Source: Dehalococcoidaceae bacterium
GTDB taxonomy: Bacteria > Chloroflexota > Dehalococcoidia > Dehalococcoidales > CSSed11-197
Assembly: GCA_016928015.1 (NCBI GenBank)
Contig: JAFGLQ010000059.1
Coordinates: forward strand, 1 to 43,025
Direction of reading: 5' to 3'
Length of the DNA stretch: 43,025 nucleotides
The number at the start of each line of letters is the position of its first letter. Positions within the stretch are counted from its first letter, which is position 1. Under the pieces are notes generated by a model. That model saw only the letters and a program-made list of their open reading frames with translations, was not told the DNA's origin and did not search any database. A program made the translations under genes and the position numbers. Positions 21,274 through 29,929 of the stretch are shown here, one piece after another.

Positions 21274-22212
21274 TTGCGCCTTGTTTTCATGGGAACACCC
21301 TCTATTGCCACACCGGTGCTCGGCAGGCTTGCTGCCGAGCACGAAGTAGCGGCTGTATATACTCAACCGGATGCCGCGGCAGGCAGGGGCAGGGAAGCGG
21401 CAGTCTCTGCGGTGAAGCAGGAAGCCGTCAGGTTGGGTTTGGAAATAGTCCAACCTGCTGGTTTTAAAAGCCGGGAAACCGTTGAGCTTTTGAAAGGATT
21501 GAAGCCGGAAGCAGTGTTGGTGGTAGCCTACGGCCGCATACTGCCCCCGGAGGTGCTTGAAATACCGCCGCTGGGTTGTATCAATGTTCATTTTTCGCTC
21601 CTGCCGCGCCATCGTGGCGCTTCACCGGTAGCCGGGGCTATTCTTGCCGGAGACGTGTTCACCGGTATAAGCATCATGCTTATGGACAGGGGCATGGACA
21701 CAGGGCCTGTACTGGCTGAGTATCAACTTCCGATATTTGATTGGGATACTGCCCGGAGCCTGGGATTGAGGCTCAGCGAGGTTGCTCCCGGCGCCGTTAT
21801 CGAAGTATTGCGCTTGTGGAAAAATGGATCCATAAAGCCCGTGCCCCAGGATTCTTCACAGGCGACATATTCCGGCATGATAACCAAAAACGCCGGATTT
21901 GTAGACTGGAACGAATCCGCTGAAAGCATATGGAGGAAAGCAAGGGCTTATCACCCCTGGCCAGGAATACACACTGTATGGAAGGGTAAAGTGCTAAAAC
22001 TTATCGAGGTGAAGCCGCTGCAAATTACCGGAGCGGGCTTGCCGGGTAGAGTCATAGAACTTGCCGGCAATCAGGCAGCCCGGATAGGTGTAATTACCGG
22101 AAAGGGCGTGCTGGCCGTATCAACCCTTCAGCTGGAAGGCAGGAAAGCCGTCAGCTCGGCTGAGTTTTATCGGGGACAGCGTGATATTACCGGATCGGTA
22201 CTGCCGAACTAG
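21274..22212 (+). CDS. fmt: Methionyl-tRNA formyltransferase
   Basis: 312 aa. RLVFMGTP.IA...L, INVHFSLLPRHRGASPV. TTG start follows a GGGAGG SD. Confidence 0.93.
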   Translation: MRLVFMGTPSIATPVLGRLAAEHEVAAVYTQPDAAAGRGREAAVSAVKQEAVRLGLEIVQPAGFKSRETVELLKGLKPEAVLVVAYGRILPPEVLEIPPLGCINVHFSLLPRHRGASPVAGAILAGDVFTGISIMLMDRGMDTGPVLAEYQLPIFDWDTARSLGLRLSEVAPGAVIEVLRLWKNGSIKPVPQDSSQATYSGMITKNAGFVDWNESAESIWRKARAYHPWPGIHTVWKGKVLKLIEVKPLQITGAGLPGRVIELAGNQAARIGVITGKGVLAVSTLQLEGRKAVSSAEFYRGQRDITGSVLPN

Positions 22213-22382
22213 CCGGCTTCAGGCAGAACATCCTCGTCGTCTTGGGATATAAGGGTTTCTAAAAGTGCTCGCCGGATGAATATCTTGCGCTTGAATTCTC
22301 TTTCTTCTGCCAGGAAGTTATCATAATCGGGGTCGGGCGCTGCCCAGAAAAAAATCCACGGCTGGTTGCTGTCGGTATCCAC
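22209..22382 (-). CDS. Possible 57-aa acidic small protein (unannotated)
   Basis: Hand translation: VDTDSNQPWIFFWAAPDPDYDNFLAEEREFKRKIFIRRALLETLISQDDEDVLPEAG. GTG start at 22382 has an AGGGGG SD 6 nt upstream. Its TAG stop overlaps the fmt stop (CTAG). Confidence 0.35.
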   Translation of the reverse strand: MDTDSNQPWIFFWAAPDPDYDNFLAEEREFKRKIFIRRALLETLISQDDEDVLPEAG

Positions 22383-22650
22383 AAAAGACCCCCTAAACGA
22401 ATTATCTTACTTTGTGGGACAGGTTTAACAAGCAGGACTGTTAATTATCGGGTATGAAATTTAACTCGATTTATTGATGACTTGTTTTCTATCTACTCTA
22501 ATAATGTTAGGCTTTACCCGGGGTTTTTGTCAATAGCAGACATATTTTCAGGCCCATGGGCATGCGGCGGTGGTCTATTCCATGCTGTTCGAGCAGGGGG
22601 CATGATAAATGAGTTATAATTTCATATAATACCTGGATTGCACAACAAGC

Positions 22651-24495
22651 ATGCCGTATCCGGATAAGATTTTAAGAACAGTCCAAAAACCCGCCCGTTA
22701 TACTGGCGGAGAATGGCAGTCGTTTGTAAAAAACTGGGGCCAAACCGGCATCAGGGTTGCCGTCAGCTATCCGGATACCTATGAAGTCGGTATGTCCAAC
22801 ATCACAATCCCGATTCTTTACCAGGTTGTTAATGAGCTTGACTGGGCTCTGGCCGAAAGAGTATTCGCCCCATGGCCGGATATGGAACGGGCTTTAAGAC
22901 AGGCCGGAGTAAAGTTGCAATCGCTCGAATCCGGACACGAATTGCGCGAGTTCGACCTGGTAGGATTTTCGCTGGGTTACGAACTTACCTTTACCAATGT
23001 ATTGAACATTCTGGATTTGGGCGGTATAGCGCCTAAATCAATCGACAGGGGAGAATCCGAACCGCTGGTGATGGCAGGCGGTATTGGGGCACTCAACCCG
23101 GAGCCGCTGTCTGATTTCGTTGATTTTTTTGTAATCGGCGACGGGGAAGAGGCGTTACCCCGGGTTCTCAAAGCCATTCATGAGGGCAAAAAGACAAAAA
23201 CCCCGAGGCGTCGAATACTGGAGGCGCTGGCCGGGCTCGAGGGTGTATACGTCCCGTCGCTGTATGACGTGGAATATGCTGGTGACGGCGTCTTCAAACA
23301 CATAGTACCTTCCGGTTCCGGAGCCCGGCTTCCGGTAAAGCGTCTTTTCTGCCGGCAGTTGCCTCCACCTCCAACAATGCCGGTAGTGCCGCTGATAGAA
23401 ACTATTCAGGACCGCGCGGCAGTGGAAATCAGCCGCGGGTGTACCCGTGGCTGCCGTTTCTGTAATGCGGGGTTTTATTACCGCCCTCTTCGGCACCGCA
23501 GGCCTGACGACATTGCCGATACTGTCTCCAGCCTGTGTGCGAATTGTGGTTACGATGAAGTGACTCTGCTTTCACTCAGTGCCGGGGACTACCCGGGTAT
23601 CACCGGGCTGATACGCCGACTCGGCAGAGATGACCTGTTTAAGGATATTACCTTTTCTCTGCCGAGCTTAAGGGTCGATGCCGGCTCGCTGGACCTGGTC
23701 GAGAGCCTGAATGAAAAGCGAAAAAGCGGCCTTACACTGGCTCCTGAGGCGGCTACTGAGCGTCTTCAGAGAGTCATCAACAAGATAATCCCCGAAGAGG
23801 AAATATTACGAACTGCGGCAGCTGCATTTGAGCGCGGCTGGGTTAATTTGAAGCTGTATTTTATGCTGGGCTTACCGACAGAGACAGATAAAGATCTTGA
23901 GGCAATTGCCCTGCTGACTCACAAAGTATACGATTTGGGACGGCTTTGCCCGGGGCGCCGGCCCAGGTTAAGGCTCAGCCTTTCCACCTTCGTACCCAAA
24001 CCCCACACGCCTTTCCAGTGGGTATCCCAGATACCCGGGAATGAAATAATGCGGCGGGTAAACGTTGTAAGAAACCTGATAGACCGGCGCGGAATAAGCC
24101 TCAGCTGGCAAAAACCTGAAACCAGCTTGCTTGAAGCGGTGTTCTCAAGGGGAGACAGGCGCCTTGGCAGGGCGATATACCGCGCCTGGGAACTGGGCGC
24201 CCGGTTCGACGGGTGGGATGAATTGTTCGAATTCGAGCTTTGGCGCCAGGCTTTTAATGAAACCGGCATCGATCCGGCATTTTATGCCAACCGGGAGCGC
24301 GAGATAACCGAAAGTCTGCCGTGGAGCCATATTGACAACGGTATCAGCGCTGAATTCTTACAGGAGGAATACCGGCGAGCCCTGCGCGGGATCGTTACTC
24401 CCGACTGCCGTGTCGATGACTGCAACCTTTGCGGATTGCAGATGCAGATTAACAACTGCCACAATTTATCCAAAACGGCAGATGAAAGTGGATAA
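22651..24495 (+). CDS. Radical SAM enzyme with an N-terminal B12-binding-like domain (TIGR03960-like, function unknown)
   Basis: 614 aa. CTRGCRFC (CxxxCxxC) cluster motif. N-terminal region with VMAGG...FFVIGDGEE. Overall resemblance to the conserved uncharacterised radical SAM family. Confidence 0.85.
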   Translation: MPYPDKILRTVQKPARYTGGEWQSFVKNWGQTGIRVAVSYPDTYEVGMSNITIPILYQVVNELDWALAERVFAPWPDMERALRQAGVKLQSLESGHELREFDLVGFSLGYELTFTNVLNILDLGGIAPKSIDRGESEPLVMAGGIGALNPEPLSDFVDFFVIGDGEEALPRVLKAIHEGKKTKTPRRRILEALAGLEGVYVPSLYDVEYAGDGVFKHIVPSGSGARLPVKRLFCRQLPPPPTMPVVPLIETIQDRAAVEISRGCTRGCRFCNAGFYYRPLRHRRPDDIADTVSSLCANCGYDEVTLLSLSAGDYPGITGLIRRLGRDDLFKDITFSLPSLRVDAGSLDLVESLNEKRKSGLTLAPEAATERLQRVINKIIPEEEILRTAAAAFERGWVNLKLYFMLGLPTETDKDLEAIALLTHKVYDLGRLCPGRRPRLRLSLSTFVPKPHTPFQWVSQIPGNEIMRRVNVVRNLIDRRGISLSWQKPETSLLEAVFSRGDRRLGRAIYRAWELGARFDGWDELFEFELWRQAFNETGIDPAFYANREREITESLPWSHIDNGISAEFLQEEYRRALRGIVTPDCRVDDCNLCGLQMQINNCHNLSKTADESG

Positions 24496-24673
24496 AATAG
24501 TTAACATAAATAAAGACCTGTGCACCGGCTGCGGCGTATGCATCAAGATATGCCCGCCGAAAATCCTTTACCTCGATGAAGGCGGTGCATGCGAGGTAAA
24601 GGACGAGAGCCTCTGCGACCGCCTTCGGGGTTGTGAGCGCAAGTGCCCTACCGGGGCTATCACTATATCCTGA
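24482..24673 (+). CDS. 63-aa 4Fe-4S ferredoxin-like protein
   Basis: MKVDKIVNINKDLCTGCGVCIKICPP...CDRLRGCERKCPTGAI. ATG 24482 overlaps the radical SAM stop by 14 nt. The track ORF from 24332 is an upstream read-through. Confidence 0.7.
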   Translation: MKVDKIVNINKDLCTGCGVCIKICPPKILYLDEGGACEVKDESLCDRLRGCERKCPTGAITIS

Positions 24674-24680
24674 AGGCGGT

Positions 24681-27122
24681 TTAGTCGAACACCGTAATCG
24701 CCACCAGGCTGTCTTCGGCTTTGATATCCATCAGTTTCACCCCCTGGGTGGTACGCCCCTGGACCGTGATGCCTTTTCGGGGATCATCCTCTTTTACCGG
24801 CGTGCGGGTTACAACACCGTTAGCTGAAATAAGCATTACCTGCCGGGTCTCGGTAACCTGGGCGGCTGCCGTCACCTGGCCGGTTTTACCGGTCAGGTGG
24901 AAGGTTTTTACACCACTTCCGGCTCTTTTCTGCAGCGGGTACCTGGAAAGCGGCGTTATTTTGCCGAACCCGCGTTCGGTTACCACCAGCAGGTAGGCTT
25001 CAGTATTGACCATGTCCATAGCTACAACCTGGTCACCGCCGATTAGTTTAATGCCCTTGACACCACCGCTGGCTCTCAGGCTGGTACGGATATCGTTGAC
25101 CGGGAAACGTATGGACTGGCCGTTGCGGGTAACCAGCAGGACATCGTCAAAATCGGTTCCCAGCCGCGCGCTTACCAGGCAGTCCGAGGCCGGAAGGTCC
25201 ATGGCAATGAGGCCGCTTGAGCGAACTGAACTGAAGGCATTGATATCGACTTTTTTAATTTCACCCTGGCGGGTAGCCATGATCAGGTACCAGCCGTCGA
25301 TGAATTCCTTGACGTCAACGACTGCCGTCACCCTCTCTCCGTCCTGCAGGGGTATGAGGTTAATAATCGACATCCCCTTGCTTATTCTGGATACATCCAG
25401 GGGCACCTCGTGGCATTTAATCGAGAAAACCCTGCCCCGGTCGGTGAAGAAAAGCAGGTTGTCATGAGTATCGGTATACAGCAGGAAGCGCACGGTATCA
25501 GCTTCCCGGGTAACCATGCCTATAATGCCTTTGCCTCCACGATGCTGCGGAGTGAAAGATTCGGCGGGCACCCGTTTAATGAATCCGCGCTCGCTCAGCG
25601 TTACTACCATAGCCTGGTGAGGTATCAAATCCTCTTCGCTATAAGCCATGGCTTCCTGTTCGTTTATGTCACTGCGCCGCGGGTTAGCCTCTTTATTCTT
25701 GATTTCGGCAATTTCGGTTTTAACTATACCCAGGATTTTCAGCGGGCTGGCCAGCAAGTCCTCCAGGTAGCTGATGGTTTTCAGTACCGCGGTGTATTCA
25801 TCAAGAATTTTCTGGCGTTCGAGATTGGCCAGTCTTCTCAGTTGCATGTCAAGGATTGCCTGGGCCTGCAGCTGGCTTAATTCGAATTTTTCCATGAGGG
25901 CGCCGCGGGCATCCTCTGCCGACTTGGCGGCGCGTATGGTAGCGATAACCGCATCAATATAATCCAGGGCGATTTTCAAACCCTCCAGTATGTGGGCTCT
26001 ATCTTGAGCGCCCTTGAGTTCATACTGGCAGCGCCGGGTAATTACTTCCTGACGGAAATAAATAAAATGCTGCAGAGCTTCTTTTAGCGAAAGCACCCGG
26101 GGTTGCCCGTCAACCAGGGCCAGCATGTTTATGAAAAAAGCGGTCTGCATAGGTGTATGCTTGTAGAGGTTATTGAGTACCTGCTGAGGCTGGGCTTCGC
26201 GTTTCAGCTCGATTACGATGCGCATACCCTGGCGGTCGGATTCGTCTCTGAGTTCACTGATGCCGGTAATTTTTTTGTCTTTGATCAGGTTGGCGATACG
26301 TTCGATAAGGCCGGCTTTATTAACCTGGTAAGGCAGTTCGTTGACTATAATCTGGTAACGGCCGTTGGGCGTTTCGTCTATAAATGCCTTGGCTTTTACT
26401 ACGGCACGGCCGTGCCCGGTGGCATACGCGCTCCTGATCCCTTCAACCCCCTGGATGGTAGCGCCGGTAGGGAAGTCAGGCCCCTTTACGATGCCCATTA
26501 AATCGCTGACCGAAGCTTCCGGATTATCGATCAAATAGGCAATAGCAGTGCAAATTTCACCCAGGTTATGCGGCGGGATGGAGGTAGCCATACCTACGGC
26601 AATGCCTGCTGAACCGTTTACCAGCAGGTTGGGCAACCGGCTCGGCAGTACGACCGGTTCGGTCAGGCTGTCGTCGAAATTGGGCATGAAATCGACGGTA
26701 TCCTTGTCGATGTCCAAAAGCATTTGTTCGGCGATAGCTGACAGGCGGACTTCGGTATAGCGCATGGCTGCCGGGGGGTCGTTGTCAACGCTGCCAAAGT
26801 TACCCTGGCCGTCAATCAGAGGATGGCGCATGGAAAAATCCTGGGCCATGCGTACCATGGCATCATAAACTGAAGAGTCGCCGTGGGGGTGGTATTTGCC
26901 CAGTACTTCACCCACTACACGGGCGCTTTTCTTGTGAGCAGTATTGTGGGTAATTCCCAGTTCCCGCATGGCATAAAGAATGCGCCTCTGCACCGGTTTA
27001 AGCCCGTCTCTGACGTCCGGCAGAGCCCGGGCGATAATTACGCTCATTGCGTAGTCCAGGTATGAACTGCGCATCTCATCTTCAATTTTAATTTCCCGGA
27101 TTTTGCCCACGCTTACATCCAT
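24681..27122 (-). CDS. gyrA: DNA gyrase subunit A
   Basis: 813 aa. ...[21 protein letters not shown]..., active-site AAMRYTE, and C-terminal beta-pinwheel repeats. AGGAGA SD. Confidence 0.98.
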   Translation of the reverse strand: MDVSVGKIREIKIEDEMRSSYLDYAMSVIIARALPDVRDGLKPVQRRILYAMRELGITHNTAHKKSARVVGEVLGKYHPHGDSSVYDAMVRMAQDFSMRHPLIDGQGNFGSVDNDPPAAMRYTEVRLSAIAEQMLLDIDKDTVDFMPNFDDSLTEPVVLPSRLPNLLVNGSAGIAVGMATSIPPHNLGEICTAIAYLIDNPEASVSDLMGIVKGPDFPTGATIQGVEGIRSAYATGHGRAVVKAKAFIDETPNGRYQIIVNELPYQVNKAGLIERIANLIKDKKITGISELRDESDRQGMRIVIELKREAQPQQVLNNLYKHTPMQTAFFINMLALVDGQPRVLSLKEALQHFIYFRQEVITRRCQYELKGAQDRAHILEGLKIALDYIDAVIATIRAAKSAEDARGALMEKFELSQLQAQAILDMQLRRLANLERQKILDEYTAVLKTISYLEDLLASPLKILGIVKTEIAEIKNKEANPRRSDINEQEAMAYSEEDLIPHQAMVVTLSERGFIKRVPAESFTPQHRGGKGIIGMVTREADTVRFLLYTDTHDNLLFFTDRGRVFSIKCHEVPLDVSRISKGMSIINLIPLQDGERVTAVVDVKEFIDGWYLIMATRQGEIKKVDINAFSSVRSSGLIAMDLPASDCLVSARLGTDFDDVLLVTRNGQSIRFPVNDIRTSLRASGGVKGIKLIGGDQVVAMDMVNTEAYLLVVTERGFGKITPLSRYPLQKRAGSGVKTFHLTGKTGQVTAAAQVTETRQVMLISANGVVTRTPVKEDDPRKGITVQGRTTQGVKLMDIKAEDSLVAITVFD

Positions 27123-27132
27123 TTAGTGTCTC

Positions 27133-27939
27133 CTAATTCGTTTCTTCCTGATCATCGAAAGTATCATCCGGGCTGTCTACCCATTCTTCACCTTCATCGG
27201 AGTCTGCATAATAACTGTCTTCGGCCGAATCGGGGGTAACAACTGTCTTGGCGCCTGCCGGCTGGTCTCCCCCGTATCGCTCCGCCCGGTCAATATAACG
27301 GGAAGGAAAGGATATTGTTCCCTGCTGTGAAGGATGCTTGTATTCCTCTCTTATTATTATAGCCTTTGTACCGGTTGCACTGATAATCTTGGCACTGTAG
27401 ATATTGCCGCCGCGCATGAGTTTAATTAACCGCTGGCTTTGTCGTGAATCTAGAATCCCCAGGTATTCTCCCCGGTTGTTAACTACTCTCAGGCTCGGTC
27501 CGTCGATTACCAGGTTTGCCTTTTCTCCGGCTACCATGCTGGCCCAGGTTTCTCTGGGGGCTTCCTGCTGCAGGTTAACCACTCCGGCTTTGCCGGGTTC
27601 CTCAATGAAATGTTCCGGGTCCAGCCGGCTGAAAGACGGAGGCTTGTGGCTGATGCCTTCGCCGAGTTGCGAGAGACGGCGCAGGTTTTTTTCTGAAATG
27701 GAGTTGTAAGGATCGAGCTCGTAGGCTCTGGAATAACTCTCTCTGGCGGCGGCGTATTCGCCCATTTCCATGTAAGCCCTGCCCAGGCGGTTGTAGGCAT
27801 CCACATCACAGGGGGAACTTTCGATGATGGAAAGATTGGCCGCAACCGCTTCATGCCAGCGGCCCTCCATAGCCAGGCTGATGGCCTTGCGGCTGGTTGA
27901 GGGTAGAACGAAGACGGGTTTATCTGTCTCTTGGGTCAT
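27133..27939 (-). CDS. TPR-repeat protein with a central beta-rich domain and a strongly acidic C-terminal tail
   Basis: 268 aa from ATG 27939. TPR-like AYNRLGRAYMEMGEYAAARESYSRAYELDP. Tail is ...DSAEDSYYADSDEGEEWVDSPDDTFDDQEETN. Its stop lies 10 nt before the gyrA start on the same strand. Confidence 0.75.
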   Translation of the reverse strand: MTQETDKPVFVLPSTSRKAISLAMEGRWHEAVAANLSIIESSPCDVDAYNRLGRAYMEMGEYAAARESYSRAYELDPYNSISEKNLRRLSQLGEGISHKPPSFSRLDPEHFIEEPGKAGVVNLQQEAPRETWASMVAGEKANLVIDGPSLRVVNNRGEYLGILDSRQSQRLIKLMRGGNIYSAKIISATGTKAIIIREEYKHPSQQGTISFPSRYIDRAERYGGDQPAGAKTVVTPDSAEDSYYADSDEGEEWVDSPDDTFDDQEETN

Positions 27940-27977
27940 TACTTTTTTCCTAATTAAAATCAATTACTACTTCAAGA

Positions 27978-28001
27978 TTTGGTTAAATGTCTTTAACCAA
28001 A
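27978..28001. promoter_or_regulatory. 10-bp inverted repeat in a divergent intergenic region (candidate operator)
   Basis: tttggttaaa (27978-27987), tgtc, tttaaccaaa (27992-28001). It lies between the TPR-gyrA unit and the Cys mini-ORF/nfu unit. Confidence 0.35.
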
Positions 28002-28073
28002 CACAAGCCTAAAATAGTAAACGATATATGTACCATTTTGCAAGGGGTTCAAACAGAAAATTTAATATCAGCG

Positions 28074-28101
28074 TTGACGTTATTATTCTATATATGATAA
28101 T
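28074..28101 (+). promoter_or_regulatory. Sigma70-type promoter for the mini-ORF/nfu unit
   Basis: TTGACG (28074-28079), 16-nt spacer, GATAAT (28096-28101). Confidence 0.6.
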
Positions 28102-28148
28102 CTCAAATTGAAAATAGCTCAAATCACCAGCCCCGATAAGGAGAGAAT

Positions 28149-28277
28149 ATGTGCGATAACCATAATTGTGAGCACCCGGAACGGTTGAAGACTAAACCCG
28201 GGGAATGCTCTGCCGAGCAAGTTTTTAGGTGCCACGGTATAGTAAAGGACGAGTCTGAAACAAGCAAGGATAAATAA
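28149..28277 (+). CDS. 42-aa Cys/His-rich small protein (unannotated)
   Basis: Hand translation: MCDNHNCEHPERLKTKPGECSAEQVFRCHGIVKDESETSKDK. AAGGAGAG SD lies 5-6 nt upstream of ATG 28149. It ends 18 nt before nfu. Confidence 0.6.
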   Translation: MCDNHNCEHPERLKTKPGECSAEQVFRCHGIVKDESETSKDK

Positions 28278-28295
28278 AATAAAAAGGAGTCTTTA

Positions 28296-28517
28296 ATGCG
28301 CGAAAAAGTGGCCGCGGTGCTGGATAAAATACGGCCCAGTCTTCAGGCGGACGGCGGCAGTGTGGAACTGGTTGATGTTACCGAGGATGGAATTGTCAAG
28401 GTGACCCTTACAGGCGCCTGTGCCGGTTGTCCGATGTCCCAGATGACCCTGAAGAACGGTATCGAGCGCTTGCTGAAACAGGAAGTGCCCGGGGTTAAAG
28501 AAGTAATTAACGTTTAG
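28296..28517 (+). CDS. NifU C-terminal-domain (Nfu-type) Fe-S cluster carrier
   Basis: 73 aa. ...[52 protein letters not shown]. Confidence 0.9.
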   Translation: MREKVAAVLDKIRPSLQADGGSVELVDVTEDGIVKVTLTGACAGCPMSQMTLKNGIERLLKQEVPGVKEVINV

Positions 28518-28534
28518 TACGGCTGGAACAGTTT

Positions 28535-28569
28535 AAAAAGGGACGGGGGAAACAACCCCGTCCCTTTTT
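28535..28569. terminator. Bidirectional rho-independent terminator (nfu / lysC)
   Basis: Stem agggacgggg (28539-28548) / ccccgtccct (28556-28565), 7-nt loop, flanked by AAAA and TTTT. Confidence 0.85.
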
Positions 28570-29787
28570 CTATGCCTGTTCCAGCTCGAATGCCTTGTGC
28601 AGTGCCCGGATAGCATCTTTTACCCTGTCTTCCTTTATGATGCAGGTAATGCGGATTTCAGAAGTCGAAATGAGCATTATATTAATTGATTCACGGCTGA
28701 GCGCGGTGAACATTTTGGCAGCAAATCCCGGTGTGTTTTGAATTCCGGTGCCGATTATGCTCACCTTGCCGACGCCTGAATCGCTCACAAAGTCCCTGGC
28801 TCCGATTTCAGCCGCCAGTGGCTTAACTATTTCCATTGCCGGGCCCAGGTCGCTCTTGGCTATGGTGAAGGTGAGGTCGGTGATATTCTCTGTGCTGGCA
28901 TTCTGGACGATAGTATCTACGCTTATGCCTGCACCGGCCAGTCTCTCGAAAATTGCTGCGGCTATACCCGGTTTATCGGGAACGCCCAGGATGGTGATTT
29001 TGGCTACATTGAGGTCATGGGCTATGCCGGTTACTTTGTTGCGTCCTTCCATTGATATCCCTCCATGGATTAAAGTGCCTGGTTTATCCATAAAACTGGA
29101 AGCTACCAGTATGGGAACACCATAAATCTGCCCCAGTTCTACCGCTCGAGGGTGCATAACCTTGGCGCCGTAGGTGCTCATTTCCAGCATTTCTTCGTAA
29201 CCGATTTCATCCAGTTTGACGGCCTGGCTTACAATCCTCGGGTCGGCTGTATAAACACCCTGGACATCGGTATATATTTCGCACTTTTCAGCCTTGAGGC
29301 TTATCGCCAGGGCAACTGCCGTGGTGTCGGAGCCTCCCCGTCCGAGCGTGGTGGTATCCATATCATCATTAATGCCCTGGAACCCGGCTACTATTACAAT
29401 GTTGCCCTTCTCGAGTTCTTTGATGATACGTTTGGGGTCGATATTCATGATACGGGCGCGGGAGTAAGAATTATCGGTACGTATGCCCGCCTGGGCCCCC
29501 GTCAGGCTTATGGACTGTTCACCCAGGGATTTCAAAGCCATGGCCAGCAGGGTTGAAGAGACTATTTCGCCTGTTGAAAGCAGAACGTCAAGTTCGCGGG
29601 AGCTCGGGCTGTCGCTTACATTGTATGCCAGTTCAAGCAATTCATCGGTTGTGTCGCCCATGGCTGAAACCACCGTGACTACACGGTTGCCGTCCTGGGA
29701 GGTGCGTGCAATTCTGCGGGCAACGTTCATGATTTTTTCACCATCAGCTACCGAAGAACCGCCGTATTTCTGAACAACAAGAGCCAT
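28570..29787 (-). CDS. lysC: Aspartate kinase (monofunctional, with ACT domains)
   Basis: 405 aa. MALVVQKYGGSSV...VVSAMGDTTDELL...GRGGSDTTAVALA. Confidence 0.95.
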   Translation of the reverse strand: MALVVQKYGGSSVADGEKIMNVARRIARTSQDGNRVVTVVSAMGDTTDELLELAYNVSDSPSSRELDVLLSTGEIVSSTLLAMALKSLGEQSISLTGAQAGIRTDNSYSRARIMNIDPKRIIKELEKGNIVIVAGFQGINDDMDTTTLGRGGSDTTAVALAISLKAEKCEIYTDVQGVYTADPRIVSQAVKLDEIGYEEMLEMSTYGAKVMHPRAVELGQIYGVPILVASSFMDKPGTLIHGGISMEGRNKVTGIAHDLNVAKITILGVPDKPGIAAAIFERLAGAGISVDTIVQNASTENITDLTFTIAKSDLGPAMEIVKPLAAEIGARDFVSDSGVGKVSIIGTGIQNTPGFAAKMFTALSRESINIMLISTSEIRITCIIKEDRVKDAIRALHKAFELEQA

Positions 29788-29895
29788 ATTAGAAATCTGC
29801 TTCCCCTTTTTCTATATTAACTGGCCGATAACCCTGTTATTCTAACCTTAACGGGCTTAAATTGCCAACACTCAGGAACGGCGGGCAAACAGGTA

Positions 29896-29923
29896 TTGAC
29901 TTTTACGTTGCGGCCGGTATAAT
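29896..29923 (+). promoter_or_regulatory. Near-consensus sigma70 promoter with no protein gene downstream
   Basis: TTGACT (29896-29901), 16-nt spacer, TATAAT (29918-29923). Confidence 0.65.
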
Positions 29924-29929
29924 AGGAGA

